Shown: positions 48,118-58,177, numbered from the stretch's first letter. The stretch is DNA of 64,000 nt from Candidatus Woesearchaeota archaeon (GCA_013202845.1 JABMPT010000010.1:59876-123875), one strand, 5' to 3'. Notes: generated from the sequence alone by a model not told the origin. Translations and numbers: made by a program.

Positions 48118-48897
48118 TTAAGCTAACTCTGCAATAAGCTTGGCAGCAACTTTACTAGTCATATCATTAACATCCTTCTTAGGATTAACCTCAACTATAT
48201 CTGCTGCATTCAAATTCTTCAGTATCTTCAACCTTTGGATGAAATATATCAATTGCCTTGTTGTCAAGCCGCCTGGCTCTGAATGACCAGTTCCTGGCGC
48301 ATATGCAGGGTCTAGAGCATCAATATCAATAGATAAATATGATCCATCCCATTCACGAGCAACGCTCATAATGGATTCACAAACCTCTCTTTTTCCTTCT
48401 ATTGCTATCTCTTTCATTGTATAATACTTTATTTTCTTCTGTTTTAGATAAGCGACCTCTTCCTTTGACCAATTCCTTAAACCAACTAAGATAACATTAT
48501 GAGGTTTCAAAATCCCCTCATTAATCAAAACTCTCAAATAATCTTCATGAGACGCCTTGAAATCATCCTGCACATCAGGATGCGCATCAAAAACAACAAT
48601 GCCAGGGTTAGAATATCTTTTAGCAAACGCCTTGAAACTAGGATAAGTTATCGAATGATCACCGCCAAGCATGACTGTGAAATGATCCATGTCTGAAAGC
48701 TGAGATTCTATCTTGTCAAAACTCGCTTCTAGATTGGAGTTATCAATAGCAACAGTTTCCTGATTAATCACCGGCAGCCTACCATCTTCATTTATGAAAA
48801 AATCTTTTAGAAAGGAAGCTATCTTATCAGGCGCCAACTCCTGCCCATCCTTTCTTGCTAATGCCCCTCCGTTAAAAGGTATCTTTACAAGTCTCAT
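48118..48897 (-). CDS. speB: Agmatinase/arginase-family ureohydrolase
   Basis: Mn-binding motifs GGDHSIT, DAHPD, SIDIDALDP. Confidence 0.8.
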   Translation of the reverse strand: MRLVKIPFNGGALARKDGQELAPDKIASFLKDFFINEDGRLPVINQETVAIDNSNLEASFDKIESQLSDMDHFTVMLGGDHSITYPSFKAFAKRYSNPGIVVFDAHPDVQDDFKASHEDYLRVLINEGILKPHNVILVGLRNWSKEEVAYLKQKKIKYYTMKEIAIEGKREVCESIMSVAREWDGSYLSIDIDALDPAYAPGTGHSEPGGLTTRQLIYFIQRLKILKNLNAADIVEVNPKKDVNDMTSKVAAKLIAELA

Positions 48898-48941
48898 AAG
48901 AAAAAAGAAGTTAAAACATATTATTTAAAGGTTTGGGAGAA

Positions 48942-49349
48942 TTATCTTAGAAGATCTCTTCTATATTTATCCATAACCAATTTTTCCATCGAATATTCTA
49001 TAAAGTCCTGTATTGATAAGCCCGTCCTTGCGATGAAGAAACTTTGTTCATTGTCTGATATCTTTCCTTTAAGAAAAGCATATGCCAAGAATTGAGGAGA
49101 TTTTAAGGATTTAACATCAGTTCCATGCATAATTAATTTATAATCATTTCGCGCTTCTGTTATAATTGAATCTTCAATCGCACAATCTAATGACCCATCA
49201 GAGCCATTTGCATACAAATGTTTCAAAAGGTCTTTTTTATCTTTAGGTATGCGTGAGTAGTGGTTTGGAGAAGTGTCTCTTACCAATTCATGCAACGTCC
49301 TGCGAAGATTCTCATCATTTCTATCTTTTTTTCGTTTCAAAGTAGCCAT
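48942..49349 (-). CDS. Hypothetical protein
   Basis: 135-aa ORF, no motif. Confidence 0.35.
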   Translation of the reverse strand: MATLKRKKDRNDENLRRTLHELVRDTSPNHYSRIPKDKKDLLKHLYANGSDGSLDCAIEDSIITEARNDYKLIMHGTDVKSLKSPQFLAYAFLKGKISDNEQSFFIARTGLSIQDFIEYSMEKLVMDKYRRDLLR

Positions 49350-49395
49350 TGCTTTGTTAGGAAAAAAGAAGTGATTAATAAGTATTTCTATAATT

Positions 49396-50127
49396 TTAAA
49401 CTTTTATTTCATACTCAAAGTAATCATCCCAGGGATTCTCCAAGTGCATCATGTCATGAACAGAGAACTTCTCGAAGTACTTTCTGAATGGCCTCATAGA
49501 GTTTCCATGCGCAGAAAGAGCGACATTAACCTTGTTCACTTTTATGAACTTGATTAAATCTTTCAAGAAATCATTGACCCTGTCGCAAACCATCTTCACG
49601 CTCTCGCCGTTTGGAGGTGGATGGTTATAGCTTCTCCTGATAATTTTTAGTTCTGCCTCTCCAACAGTTTTTACAAAAGCTTCTCGCTCTTCTCCATGTA
49701 AATGGTCTATCTTGTGCCAGTGCAATAATGTTTTGTAATCATCAGTTCCTTCTTTATGAATAAAATTTGTGTGTGATTTATGCTGCCAGTCACCATAGTT
49801 TCTTTCGATCATTCTGTCATCTTGCACCAGCATGAAGCATTCTGGATGATATTTCATAACTTCCTTCAAAGTGTCATGTGATCTTGATAATCTTGTCCTG
49901 AAAGCAACGTCAATCTTCTTATCCTTCATCATCTTACTGACTTTCTTAGATTGTCGAATACCTAAAGGTGTTAGCTTAGAATCAACCCAACCAGTGAATT
50001 TATGGTCTCGGTTGTAGTATGTCTGTGCATGCCTGAAAATATATATCTTACACTTCTTCCTTGGCTTATGCTTTTCCTCTAATTTTTTCTTCTCCCAGAC
50101 TACTTTCTCGAAATTAACACTTTTCAT
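49396..50127 (-). CDS. Histidine phosphatase superfamily (phosphoglycerate-mutase-like) protein
   Basis: IYIFRHAQT (RHG-type motif) near the N-terminus. Confidence 0.55.
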   Translation of the reverse strand: MKSVNFEKVVWEKKKLEEKHKPRKKCKIYIFRHAQTYYNRDHKFTGWVDSKLTPLGIRQSKKVSKMMKDKKIDVAFRTRLSRSHDTLKEVMKYHPECFMLVQDDRMIERNYGDWQHKSHTNFIHKEGTDDYKTLLHWHKIDHLHGEEREAFVKTVGEAELKIIRRSYNHPPPNGESVKMVCDRVNDFLKDLIKFIKVNKVNVALSAHGNSMRPFRKYFEKFSVHDMMHLENPWDDYFEYEIKV

Positions 50128-50153
50128 AGAACAATTCTTGGTAGTTGTAGTAT

Positions 50154-51500
50154 TTATAATTTACCATTAGAATAATTTCTTCTTTTGAAATCGCTTTGAG
50201 AGAACATTCCTGGATATGCATTGTCAACTGTTTTGTATATTGAATTATTGAACCTGTTAATCACTATTCCTGTGAATCCGACGTTCAGAAACAAATTGTA
50301 GGTTGCATGTCTTGGAATGTCTTCTGTTGACATATTTAGATAATTTTCAAACAGCCATTGTATAGCATCAGCAGATGTTTTTTCAGGGTCTTTCTTCCAC
50401 GGTTCTTTGGCTCCATTTATAGACCAAGGCAAAATCTGTTCTGGAAATAAGTCTTTGAACATCCTGTAATTGCTGTTTGAATACCTACTCATCAACCCCC
50501 TTAAGCCTGCTTCCTTCAGGGATCGCGTTGTTGCATCACTTTTTAACCTTGTGTCAAACACTTCTTCAGATGTCATATTTGAAATGTTGCCGATGTTATT
50601 AGTGATAAGATAATCAACAACCGCATTCAATTTATTATCATGATTGTCAAAATAACCCCTAGGGGTTATATTAAGCTTCCAAGCTTTGAATTCTGGGAAA
50701 AGAACTTTCAATGCAGAGTATGGACTTGAGTTGAAAACATTTTTCAACATAGATCCTAATCCTTCTTTTTTAAAGTCTTCAGCGCGTATATCAACACAGT
50801 CATCAATGGTTTGAATATTCTTTTTCTTAGCAAACCAGGAGACTGCCATCACAGCATTGTTATACCCCCTTTTGCCTGTCCAATATTTTCGTCCAGCTCT
50901 TTTAAAATTCCAAGGTACAAACTCACCAGGATATGTATCCATAACAGCTCTTGCAGGACTATTCCTGTAAAAAACCCATAACAGTTTACCAAGCTTCATA
51001 CTCTTAAAAAAATTCCAGTCAACTTTACTAGGGATTTCTTCAAATTTTATTTGTGCAACATCCTCGATAGCAGTGCGAATAATTCGCCTAACAATCAATA
51101 TTGGTTTTGCTTCTGTCTTTTTTAATTTGTAAATATAATAATGACCATACTTGTTTTTCAAAGTGTCTAATATTGTTTCTGTCGCCTCGACATCAGGAAA
51201 GAACTCGTTTCTTCCTCCAATTACATCATGATAAGTTCTACCACCTTCATGATTAATAGGTGCATCTAATGATATAAACCCTTTCTCTGGTTTTCTTTTT
51301 TCTGCATTAAGAAACCTTAATTGATCAATCATATCATGCTTTACTGCTGTAAGAATGTATGATTTAGAAAACGTCGAGTCTGTCTCCAACAACTGCCAAG
51401 CTGTAATCCTACCTATCTGTTCAAAGTCTTCAATCATGTAGGGGTCAGCATATCTTCGCGCTAGAAACTTAATAGAATCCTCTATCTCAAGAAAATTCAT
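50154..51500 (-). CDS. Hypothetical protein: N-terminus resembles sigma-70 region 2, then three or four Trp-rich repeats of about 50 aa
   Basis: FLARRYADPYMIEDFEQIGRITAWQLLE...ILTAVKHDMIDQLR against the sigma70_r2 pattern aRRy..d..aeDlvQe.flrlw...ytiarn..iD.lR. Repeats YPGEFVPWNF.../FPEFKAWKLN.../FPEQILPWSIN... Confidence 0.4.
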   Translation of the reverse strand: MNFLEIEDSIKFLARRYADPYMIEDFEQIGRITAWQLLETDSTFSKSYILTAVKHDMIDQLRFLNAEKRKPEKGFISLDAPINHEGGRTYHDVIGGRNEFFPDVEATETILDTLKNKYGHYYIYKLKKTEAKPILIVRRIIRTAIEDVAQIKFEEIPSKVDWNFFKSMKLGKLLWVFYRNSPARAVMDTYPGEFVPWNFKRAGRKYWTGKRGYNNAVMAVSWFAKKKNIQTIDDCVDIRAEDFKKEGLGSMLKNVFNSSPYSALKVLFPEFKAWKLNITPRGYFDNHDNKLNAVVDYLITNNIGNISNMTSEEVFDTRLKSDATTRSLKEAGLRGLMSRYSNSNYRMFKDLFPEQILPWSINGAKEPWKKDPEKTSADAIQWLFENYLNMSTEDIPRHATYNLFLNVGFTGIVINRFNNSIYKTVDNAYPGMFSQSDFKRRNYSNGKL

Positions 51501-51612
51501 ATATAGAATAGAACTAATTTTTATTTAAACTTTATGTGTATATTCTATATGTTTTTTTCTTCTTTACAAGCATTGTAGATGTTATCAAACAATTCTTCAA
51601 TAAGAATCAGAC

Positions 51613-52533
51613 TTATTCCTTTCTCTTTTTAGTCTTTTTGACCTCTTTATCAAGATCGAGTTTTTCCAAGAGTTCCTTGTATCTATTCCTAATTGTAACT
51701 TCAGTAACACCTGCAACATCCGCAACTTCTCTCTGGGTTCTTTTTTCACCATTGATCAAAGCTGCGACATATAGAGCTGCTGCTGCAATTCCTGTTGGAC
51801 CTCTACCAGAAGTTAATTCTACATTCTGAGCTTTTTCAATGATCTCGACACTCCTTGTCTGAGTTTCAGGGCTCAATTTCAAAGAGGTCGAGAACCTGGC
51901 AATATAATCTGCAGGATTGCTAGGTAAAATCTTTATACCTAGTTCCCTTGTGACAAACCTATAAGTCCTTCCAACTTCTTTCTTCTCAATTCCAGAAGCC
52001 TCTGACAATTCGTCCAGAGTTCTTGGCACATCATGTCTTCTGCAAGCAGCGTACAATGCACCTGCCACAACAGATTCCATGCTCCTCCCCCTAACCAATC
52101 CTTTCTGAACTGCCAATGTGTAAATCCTTGAAGCCTCTTCTTCAACTGATCCTGGAAGTTTTAAGTATGATGAAACCCTTTTCAGTTCTGATAGTGCTAG
52201 CTTAAGATTTCTTTCGATTGCAGTGCTTATTCTCTGCTGCCACTTTCTAAGTCTGAAGTATTTGTTTTTTCCTTTGTGGTCTAACTGGTATAGATCTGCT
52301 TTTCTTCCGACATCAGTTCCCAATCCTTGGTCAAACTGTGTGTAAGACATTAGAGCTCCGGTCCTTCTTTTCTTTGCAGCAGACTCAGCATCGAACTCTC
52401 GCCACTCCTGGTCAAAGTCAACCATCTTGTCTTCAACAACAAGACCGCAATCCTTGCAAATGACTTCTCCTTTTTCCTGATAATAGAATAAGTTTATACC
52501 ACCGCATTCTGGACACTTTTTAACAAACGTCAA
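51613..52533 (-). CDS. tfb: Transcription initiation factor IIB (TFB)
   Basis: N-terminal Zn ribbon CPECGG...CKDCG, followed by two cyclin-fold repeats. Confidence 0.9.
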   Translation of the reverse strand: MTFVKKCPECGGINLFYYQEKGEVICKDCGLVVEDKMVDFDQEWREFDAESAAKKRRTGALMSYTQFDQGLGTDVGRKADLYQLDHKGKNKYFRLRKWQQRISTAIERNLKLALSELKRVSSYLKLPGSVEEEASRIYTLAVQKGLVRGRSMESVVAGALYAACRRHDVPRTLDELSEASGIEKKEVGRTYRFVTRELGIKILPSNPADYIARFSTSLKLSPETQTRSVEIIEKAQNVELTSGRGPTGIAAAALYVAALINGEKRTQREVADVAGVTEVTIRNRYKELLEKLDLDKEVKKTKKRKE

Positions 52534-52716
52534 TAAAAAAAACCCCCGCTAAATTACGTATCGTCTGATGACGACGTAAAATTTATAAAGGAGAAACGCA
52601 ACTGATTTATAAAGGTTTCGGAGAGAGGTATTTATCTATATTAATATGGTTTAATCAAAAATTTTATATACTACACCTTCTAAAAGCTTTTTAATAACTT
52701 AAGAGGTGTTTTCGGT

Positions 52717-55341
52717 ATGAAAAAAATAGTTCTTTCCTTGTTATTATTTGTTCTATATTTGTCTTTGGTTAATGCTGTGGATGAAGTTTCCATCCTTGAT
52801 GAAGCTGTCATCACTGAACCCATTGTGGTCGTCGATACAGATGATGAGTTAGAGTTTGATGAAGATATCAAGATTCTACCGGACAGCCCTTTGTACGGCT
52901 TGAAAAGGGTTGCTGAGGATGTCAGACTAGCTTTCACGCTTGACAAGAAGAAGAAAGCTGAAAAAGGTTTGGAACTAGCCGATAAGAGACTTGCCGAAAT
53001 ACAGCTCATGACAAACCAGGGAAAGACAAAAGGTCTTGAGAAAGCACAGGCAGCCCATAAAAGAGCCCTTGAAAGAGTCAGGAAAGACATTGAGATAATA
53101 AAGAAAGTACAAGGAGAACCTGAGGAAGAACTCAAAACTGTTGTTGAACTTGAGAAAAAAATCCGAAAACACGAAGACAGGGTTCTAAGACTCGGAGATA
53201 TAATCGAGATAAAGATTAAAACAGAATTAACTGCTGATCAAGAGGAAAAACTAAGAGATTTCTTAGACTCTTTGAAACAAGATACTGCAAACGCCAGAAT
53301 TAATGTGTTGGAAGAAAGAGAAAAGTCAAAAGAAAGATTGAGAAAAGAAGTCGGATACACCGACATTGCTATAGAAAAGAAGATTACAGATGTTGAAGTC
53401 AGCAAAGGATTAAACCTTGATGATAAAGCAAAAGCCATCAATGCAATAAAAGAAGCAGACCTTGTAATAGAAGAAGCCAAGATAAGGCTTGACAAGGTAA
53501 AGGACCTTGTTTGTTTAAAGGAGTGCGTAGAAAGAAACAGTGCAAAATCATGCGCAGATAAATGCCTTACCCCACCACAAACTTCATTTGAAAGAATGGT
53601 CGCATCTGCACGATTGGATATGATAACTGCAAATGTTGTTGAAGAACCAACAACCACAGAACAACCAACAATTGTTGAAGAACCAACAACCACAGAACAA
53701 CCAACAATTAATGAAACACCCACAAACGATACTGAACCACCAGAAGAACCACCTGCTGCTGCATGTGAAGATAGTGATGGTGGATTAGAATACTACACTT
53801 ATGGAAAGGTTTTCACCCAGGGAAACACCCAACCAAGCGTTATTGACACTTGTAGTGGTTCAACGGTTAATGAAGGAATATGTACTTCAGACGGCGGAGC
53901 TACGGCACAAAGATACCTGTGTCCAAATGGGTGTGCTAATGGTGCTTGTATAGAAGAAGCTCCTGAACCAATTCCTCCAACACCTTCAAATGAGTCTATT
54001 TGCGATTCTGGTGAAACAGTTACTATCTGTCACCAACCTGGAACCAATGCTGAACAAACAATGATTATTCCAAATTCAGCAGTGTCAGGTCATATGGGCC
54101 ATGGAGATACTTGTGGTGAATGTAATGAGTCAGAAGAGATTCCGTCCAACAGAGAATTGACTTTTAAACTGACATTTGATGATACAATGACATCCACTGA
54201 TGGGGAAGCACCTTTAAAGAGTGTTGGAACTCCAATCTACTCTACTGATGCAATCTCAGGCAAGTCATTATCAAATGTGAAAAGCAACGAGTACTATCAA
54301 TACTTGTGCGAAGGAAACTTCAATCATGAGGAAGGAACTGTACAAGCATGGATCAAGTTTGACAGGTTTGGTAGAGACGCTGTTGTGTGGCATACTGATG
54401 ACAGCATGTATGTGATGTACTATGACAAAGGCTCAAGAGATGGTTATAAAGCAATAAAAGGCCGTGTTGGTCAAGTCAGCCCTGAACCTCGTTACAAATT
54501 CGACCTTCGAGATACTCCTGAGAATGAACCAAATACTTGGGAAGGTACTGGCTGGCACTTTGTAGCTATGACTTGGAAAGGATCACCAAGCGGCATTGCA
54601 AAGCTGTTCATAGACGGTGAATTAAAAGATACAAGGACATATTCTGGTGGTGAAGACTGTTATACTTTCAGAGTTGGTAACAATTACTGGCCTGGAATGT
54701 CTTGGATTGACGGAAAGATTGATGAGTTAGAGGTTTACAACTATGCGAGAGAGCCTGGAAAGATACTAAACAACTATAATGACCACGCAGAGGAAGAAGA
54801 GCCAGAAGTTGAGGAAGAACCTTCTGAACCAGTATCTGTGTGTCCATCAATAGCACTTCCATCACCAAATTTCTGCAAAAATGGAAGGATAGTGCCTAAG
54901 AAGGATGATGGATGCTTAGTTGGTTATGATTGTGAAGCAATTATAATCCCTGTTGACACTGAGCCTGTGTTGAATTGTACTGTGGAATGTACCACTGATG
55001 TCTGTAATAAGAAATGCATCATTGCAAAAAAAGATATAGACAGTACAACCAAGAAGCATGAAGTTATCAAAGAGAAACTTGAGGTTATTAAGCAGGATAT
55101 CAAGAGAGATTATGAAATCCTCAAGGAGAAAATAATAGCAGAAGACAGAGTTGTGATTAAGAGTGAAGATACTTCTTCCTTGAATGAAAAGATAACCTTG
55201 GCTGAGCAGTCTTTGGAAGAAGCATTGAAGATTAGGGACGAAGCTGAAGAAGCATTGGTTTGGGGTGATTCAAACTATGCTATCGATGCTGCTCACAGAG
55301 CTATAATGCTGGCAAGAAAGGCTATCAATGTCTTAATATAA
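52717..55341 (+). CDS. Secreted or surface protein: signal peptide, coiled-coil, Thr/Pro-rich linker, Cys-rich modules, concanavalin/LamG-like domain
   Basis: Signal MKKIVLSLLLFVLYLSLVNA. LamG-like GTVQAWIKFDRF...WHFVAMTW...KLFIDGEL...IDELEVYNYA. Many Cys pairs. Confidence 0.6.
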   Translation: MKKIVLSLLLFVLYLSLVNAVDEVSILDEAVITEPIVVVDTDDELEFDEDIKILPDSPLYGLKRVAEDVRLAFTLDKKKKAEKGLELADKRLAEIQLMTNQGKTKGLEKAQAAHKRALERVRKDIEIIKKVQGEPEEELKTVVELEKKIRKHEDRVLRLGDIIEIKIKTELTADQEEKLRDFLDSLKQDTANARINVLEEREKSKERLRKEVGYTDIAIEKKITDVEVSKGLNLDDKAKAINAIKEADLVIEEAKIRLDKVKDLVCLKECVERNSAKSCADKCLTPPQTSFERMVASARLDMITANVVEEPTTTEQPTIVEEPTTTEQPTINETPTNDTEPPEEPPAAACEDSDGGLEYYTYGKVFTQGNTQPSVIDTCSGSTVNEGICTSDGGATAQRYLCPNGCANGACIEEAPEPIPPTPSNESICDSGETVTICHQPGTNAEQTMIIPNSAVSGHMGHGDTCGECNESEEIPSNRELTFKLTFDDTMTSTDGEAPLKSVGTPIYSTDAISGKSLSNVKSNEYYQYLCEGNFNHEEGTVQAWIKFDRFGRDAVVWHTDDSMYVMYYDKGSRDGYKAIKGRVGQVSPEPRYKFDLRDTPENEPNTWEGTGWHFVAMTWKGSPSGIAKLFIDGELKDTRTYSGGEDCYTFRVGNNYWPGMSWIDGKIDELEVYNYAREPGKILNNYNDHAEEEEPEVEEEPSEPVSVCPSIALPSPNFCKNGRIVPKKDDGCLVGYDCEAIIIPVDTEPVLNCTVECTTDVCNKKCIIAKKDIDSTTKKHEVIKEKLEVIKQDIKRDYEILKEKIIAEDRVVIKSEDTSSLNEKITLAEQSLEEALKIRDEAEEALVWGDSNYAIDAAHRAIMLARKAINVLI
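53636..53707 (+). repeat. Perfect 36-nt tandem duplication (x2) encoding VEEPTTTEQPTI
   Basis: ttgttgaagaaccaacaaccacagaacaaccaacaa repeated back to back. Confidence 0.85.
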
Positions 55342-55459
55342 TTTTTTTATTTTTTCTTTAATTATTATTTCTAGTTAGCTTTTTCTATAAAAAACCGAAA
55401 TATTTATATAATAGTATAGCTATTAGTATAGTGGTATATAACTTACATAGGTGAATATA

Positions 55460-55654
55460 ATGGAAAACCTACCTCCCTTGCCAACAGGATTTGATAACAT
55501 GATGGAGATAACCAACACAGTAGAGGTTGAGGTAGAGTCAAAAGGACAAAAATTTCTATTCATGTTCATAATGAATATAGATGTGACATTCGATCCAGAG
55601 GCAAACGAGATAGTCATAGAATGTCAGGAAGAAAGAATCGATAGCGTACATTGA
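55460..55654 (+). CDS. Small hypothetical protein (64 aa)
   Basis: The ATG at 55460 lies within the ORF-track GTG-start ORF. AT-rich promoter-like upstream. Confidence 0.3.
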   Translation: MENLPPLPTGFDNMMEITNTVEVEVESKGQKFLFMFIMNIDVTFDPEANEIVIECQEERIDSVH

Positions 55655-55730
55655 TAACCGGGAAAAAGAGACCCACTCCTGGGAAAAAGAGGTTGAGAAC
55701 TAATTCTTATATATTAACTATATATGTAAT

Positions 55731-57179
55731 CTAGTAACTCTTGGCAAAATAAGCGTAGAAATTAGCTTTCTTTTCGCATTGAACACATTTCTTCTTTATC
55801 TTCTTCTGCTTGAAAGGAATATTAACTGATTTAGCTCCGCCAGACTTGTCCTTTAGCCAGTCCTCACAATCAACTTCTCCACACCATGGAGAATAAGCAA
55901 TCTTCTTAGCCTTGATAACACTCTTTAAAGCGTCAAAGTCATCAGCCTGCACAATACTCTCATCCAAGAATTTCTTGGCTTTCTTGAAAAGGTTCTTTTG
56001 AATATCATCAAGCAAAGCTTTTACTTTCTTCTTAACATCTTTCTCTTTGACAAAGATCTTTTCACCAGTATCTCTTCTTACTACAACAATCTGTTTCTTC
56101 TCAACGTCCTTAGGACCGACTTCAATCCTCAAAGGAACTCCTTTCATTTCCCACTGGTTAAACTTCCATCCAGGCGAATAATTATCACGATCATCCAATT
56201 CAACTGCAGCTCCAAGGGATTTTTTGATCTCTTTGGCTTTCTTCAAAACCTTGTTCTTTGTCTTCTCGAATATGATAGGAACAATAACTGCTTGTATTGG
56301 CGCAACCTTAGGCGGCAAGACTAATCCTTTATCATCACCGTGGATGCCAAAGAGCATTCCCAATGACCTAGTGCTGAAGCCCCAAGAAGTCTGCCACGCG
56401 AATTTCTTCTTCTCTTTCTCGTCTGTGAATTTGATTCCAAAGCTCTTGGAAAAGTTCTGGCCTAAGCCATGTGAAGTAGCGCCCTGTATTGCCTTGCCAT
56501 CAGGAAAAACTGTTTCAACACTGACAGTATAATCTGCTCCTGCGAATTTCTCTTTTTCAGATTTAGATCCTTTCAGAACAGGTATAGCATATAACTCTTC
56601 AAAGAGTTTAATATAAATTGTGAGGATCTTCATAGCGAACTTATCCATGTCTTTCTCAGTGGCGTGCACTGTGTGTCCTTCCTGCCATAAGAATTCTCTA
56701 GTCCTCAGAAACGGAACTGGGTGTTTGAATTCCCATCTCACGATATTGCACCATTGATTTATCAAGAGAGGTAAGTCATTATATGATCTAACCCATTTCT
56801 TGTAAGTGTCATAAATAATAGTCTCAGAAGTAGGTCTTATGGCAAGCTTCTCTTGTAGTTTACTACTTCCTGCGTGTGTAACCCATGCAACTTCAGGATT
56901 GAAACCTTTGATGTGTTCTTTCTCCTTATTCAACAATTCTTCAGGTATCAATAATGGAAATGAAGCATTCTTCACCCCAATCTTCTTTATCTCTTTATCA
57001 AAGAATGCTTGAGCTTTCTCCCATATCTCATAAGCATAAGGTCTTAGCACCATGCAGCCAGAAACCTTTGTGTATTCCATCAACTCTGCCTTCTGGATTA
57101 CTTGTGTGTACCATTCAGAAAAATTATCAGATTTTTTCGCTGAAACCCCCTTTTCCTGCCTTTTTTCCTGTTTTTTCAT
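55731..57179 (-). CDS. proS: Prolyl-tRNA synthetase, archaeal/eukaryotic type
   Basis: Class II core with the archaeal-type C-terminal Zn-binding domain (CGEVDCEDW...CVQCEKK). Motif-2/3 context FRTREFLWQEGH, GTSHGLGQNFSK. Confidence 0.9.
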   Translation of the reverse strand: MKKQEKRQEKGVSAKKSDNFSEWYTQVIQKAELMEYTKVSGCMVLRPYAYEIWEKAQAFFDKEIKKIGVKNASFPLLIPEELLNKEKEHIKGFNPEVAWVTHAGSSKLQEKLAIRPTSETIIYDTYKKWVRSYNDLPLLINQWCNIVRWEFKHPVPFLRTREFLWQEGHTVHATEKDMDKFAMKILTIYIKLFEELYAIPVLKGSKSEKEKFAGADYTVSVETVFPDGKAIQGATSHGLGQNFSKSFGIKFTDEKEKKKFAWQTSWGFSTRSLGMLFGIHGDDKGLVLPPKVAPIQAVIVPIIFEKTKNKVLKKAKEIKKSLGAAVELDDRDNYSPGWKFNQWEMKGVPLRIEVGPKDVEKKQIVVVRRDTGEKIFVKEKDVKKKVKALLDDIQKNLFKKAKKFLDESIVQADDFDALKSVIKAKKIAYSPWCGEVDCEDWLKDKSGGAKSVNIPFKQKKIKKKCVQCEKKANFYAYFAKSY

Positions 57180-57274
57180 CTCTTGGTGTTTACACTTGTC
57201 TATTTATAAAAATTGTGGTTTATAAGAGTAAATTTTATAAAGGAATAGGCTTTTTATAGCTATGGGTGATAATT

Positions 57275-57421
57275 ATGACAGAAGGATATTGCGTTAAGTG
57301 TAAAGCAAAAAGAGAAATGGCTAGCGCCGCAGAAGTAACCATGAAAAATGGTAGAAAAGCCATGAAGGGTAAATGCCCAAAATGTGGCACTGGTATGTAT
57401 AGAATCCTCGGAAACAAGTAA
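57275..57421 (+). CDS. Small zinc-ribbon protein (48 aa); not in the ORF track
   Basis: MTEGYCVKCKAKREMASAAEVTMKNGRKAMKGKCPKCGTGMYRILGNK has CxxC...CxxC. TATA-like element upstream. Confidence 0.5.
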   Translation: MTEGYCVKCKAKREMASAAEVTMKNGRKAMKGKCPKCGTGMYRILGNK

Positions 57422-57646
57422 TAAATCTATATGTTAAAAATAGGTTTTTTAAAAGGAGGACTAAATTATTTTTTTATTTTATGTATTATTCTAGGGATTG
57501 TTATCCTAGCGGTCCCTAATATTCTTGAATTCGTTATAGCTATATTTTTATTAATAGTTGGAGCTAGCGGTTTATTGTCAGGAATGGGTGGGAGAAAAAG
57601 ATTCTTCTAGGAAAAATATTTATACTTCACATAATTAATTCCTTCT

Positions 57647-57892
57647 ATGATTGTAGAACTAGCGATCTTGATTATTGTCGGGTTACTGATGGTATTCATT
57701 TTCAAGTTTGTTAAGCGTTTAGTTGTTTTTATTGTGAATTCGGTTCTTGGCTTGCTTGCCTTGTTCGGCTTCAATTACCTGTTTGATTCCAATGTTGTGA
57801 TAAATGTCTGGAGTATCTTAATAACTGGAGTTAGCGGCTTTATTGGCTTCTTTATTGTATTGATTACGCACTATCTTGGAGTAGCTTTTTAG
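57647..57892 (+). CDS. Small membrane protein (2-3 TM)
   Basis: Hydrophobic 81-aa ORF. Confidence 0.35.
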   Translation: MIVELAILIIVGLLMVFIFKFVKRLVVFIVNSVLGLLALFGFNYLFDSNVVINVWSILITGVSGFIGFFIVLITHYLGVAF

Positions 57893-58177
57893 AACTATTC
57901 TCTTCCGCCATCCTGTTCAGCCAGTCGTAGACACAATTTATTGCGATTAGCTTACCGTTCGCTCTATCTGGATGGAAGCAATAATTCTTTAGTCTAAAAT
58001 CACAGGTCACGGGAACTTCACCTCTAATATAAACCTTTTAGTTTACAGGTTTGTATTTAAGTATACTAATAAGTATATTGGTATAACTAATATATAAACT
58101 TTTCGATTTGTTTAAAAAAGGATTATATCTTGCTAAAAACAAATATATTTATATATTTCAAACAATCCTTCTAACTT

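Noticed and set aside
52680-53723. Minus-strand ORFs of 151, 65 and 161 aa
   Set aside because: Antisense to the 874-aa secreted-protein gene. Ser-rich translations typical of the antisense of K/E-rich coding sequence.
57235-57417. 60-aa minus-strand ORF
   Set aside because: Antisense to the better-supported zinc-ribbon ORF (CxxC...CxxC). The region is the proS promoter side.
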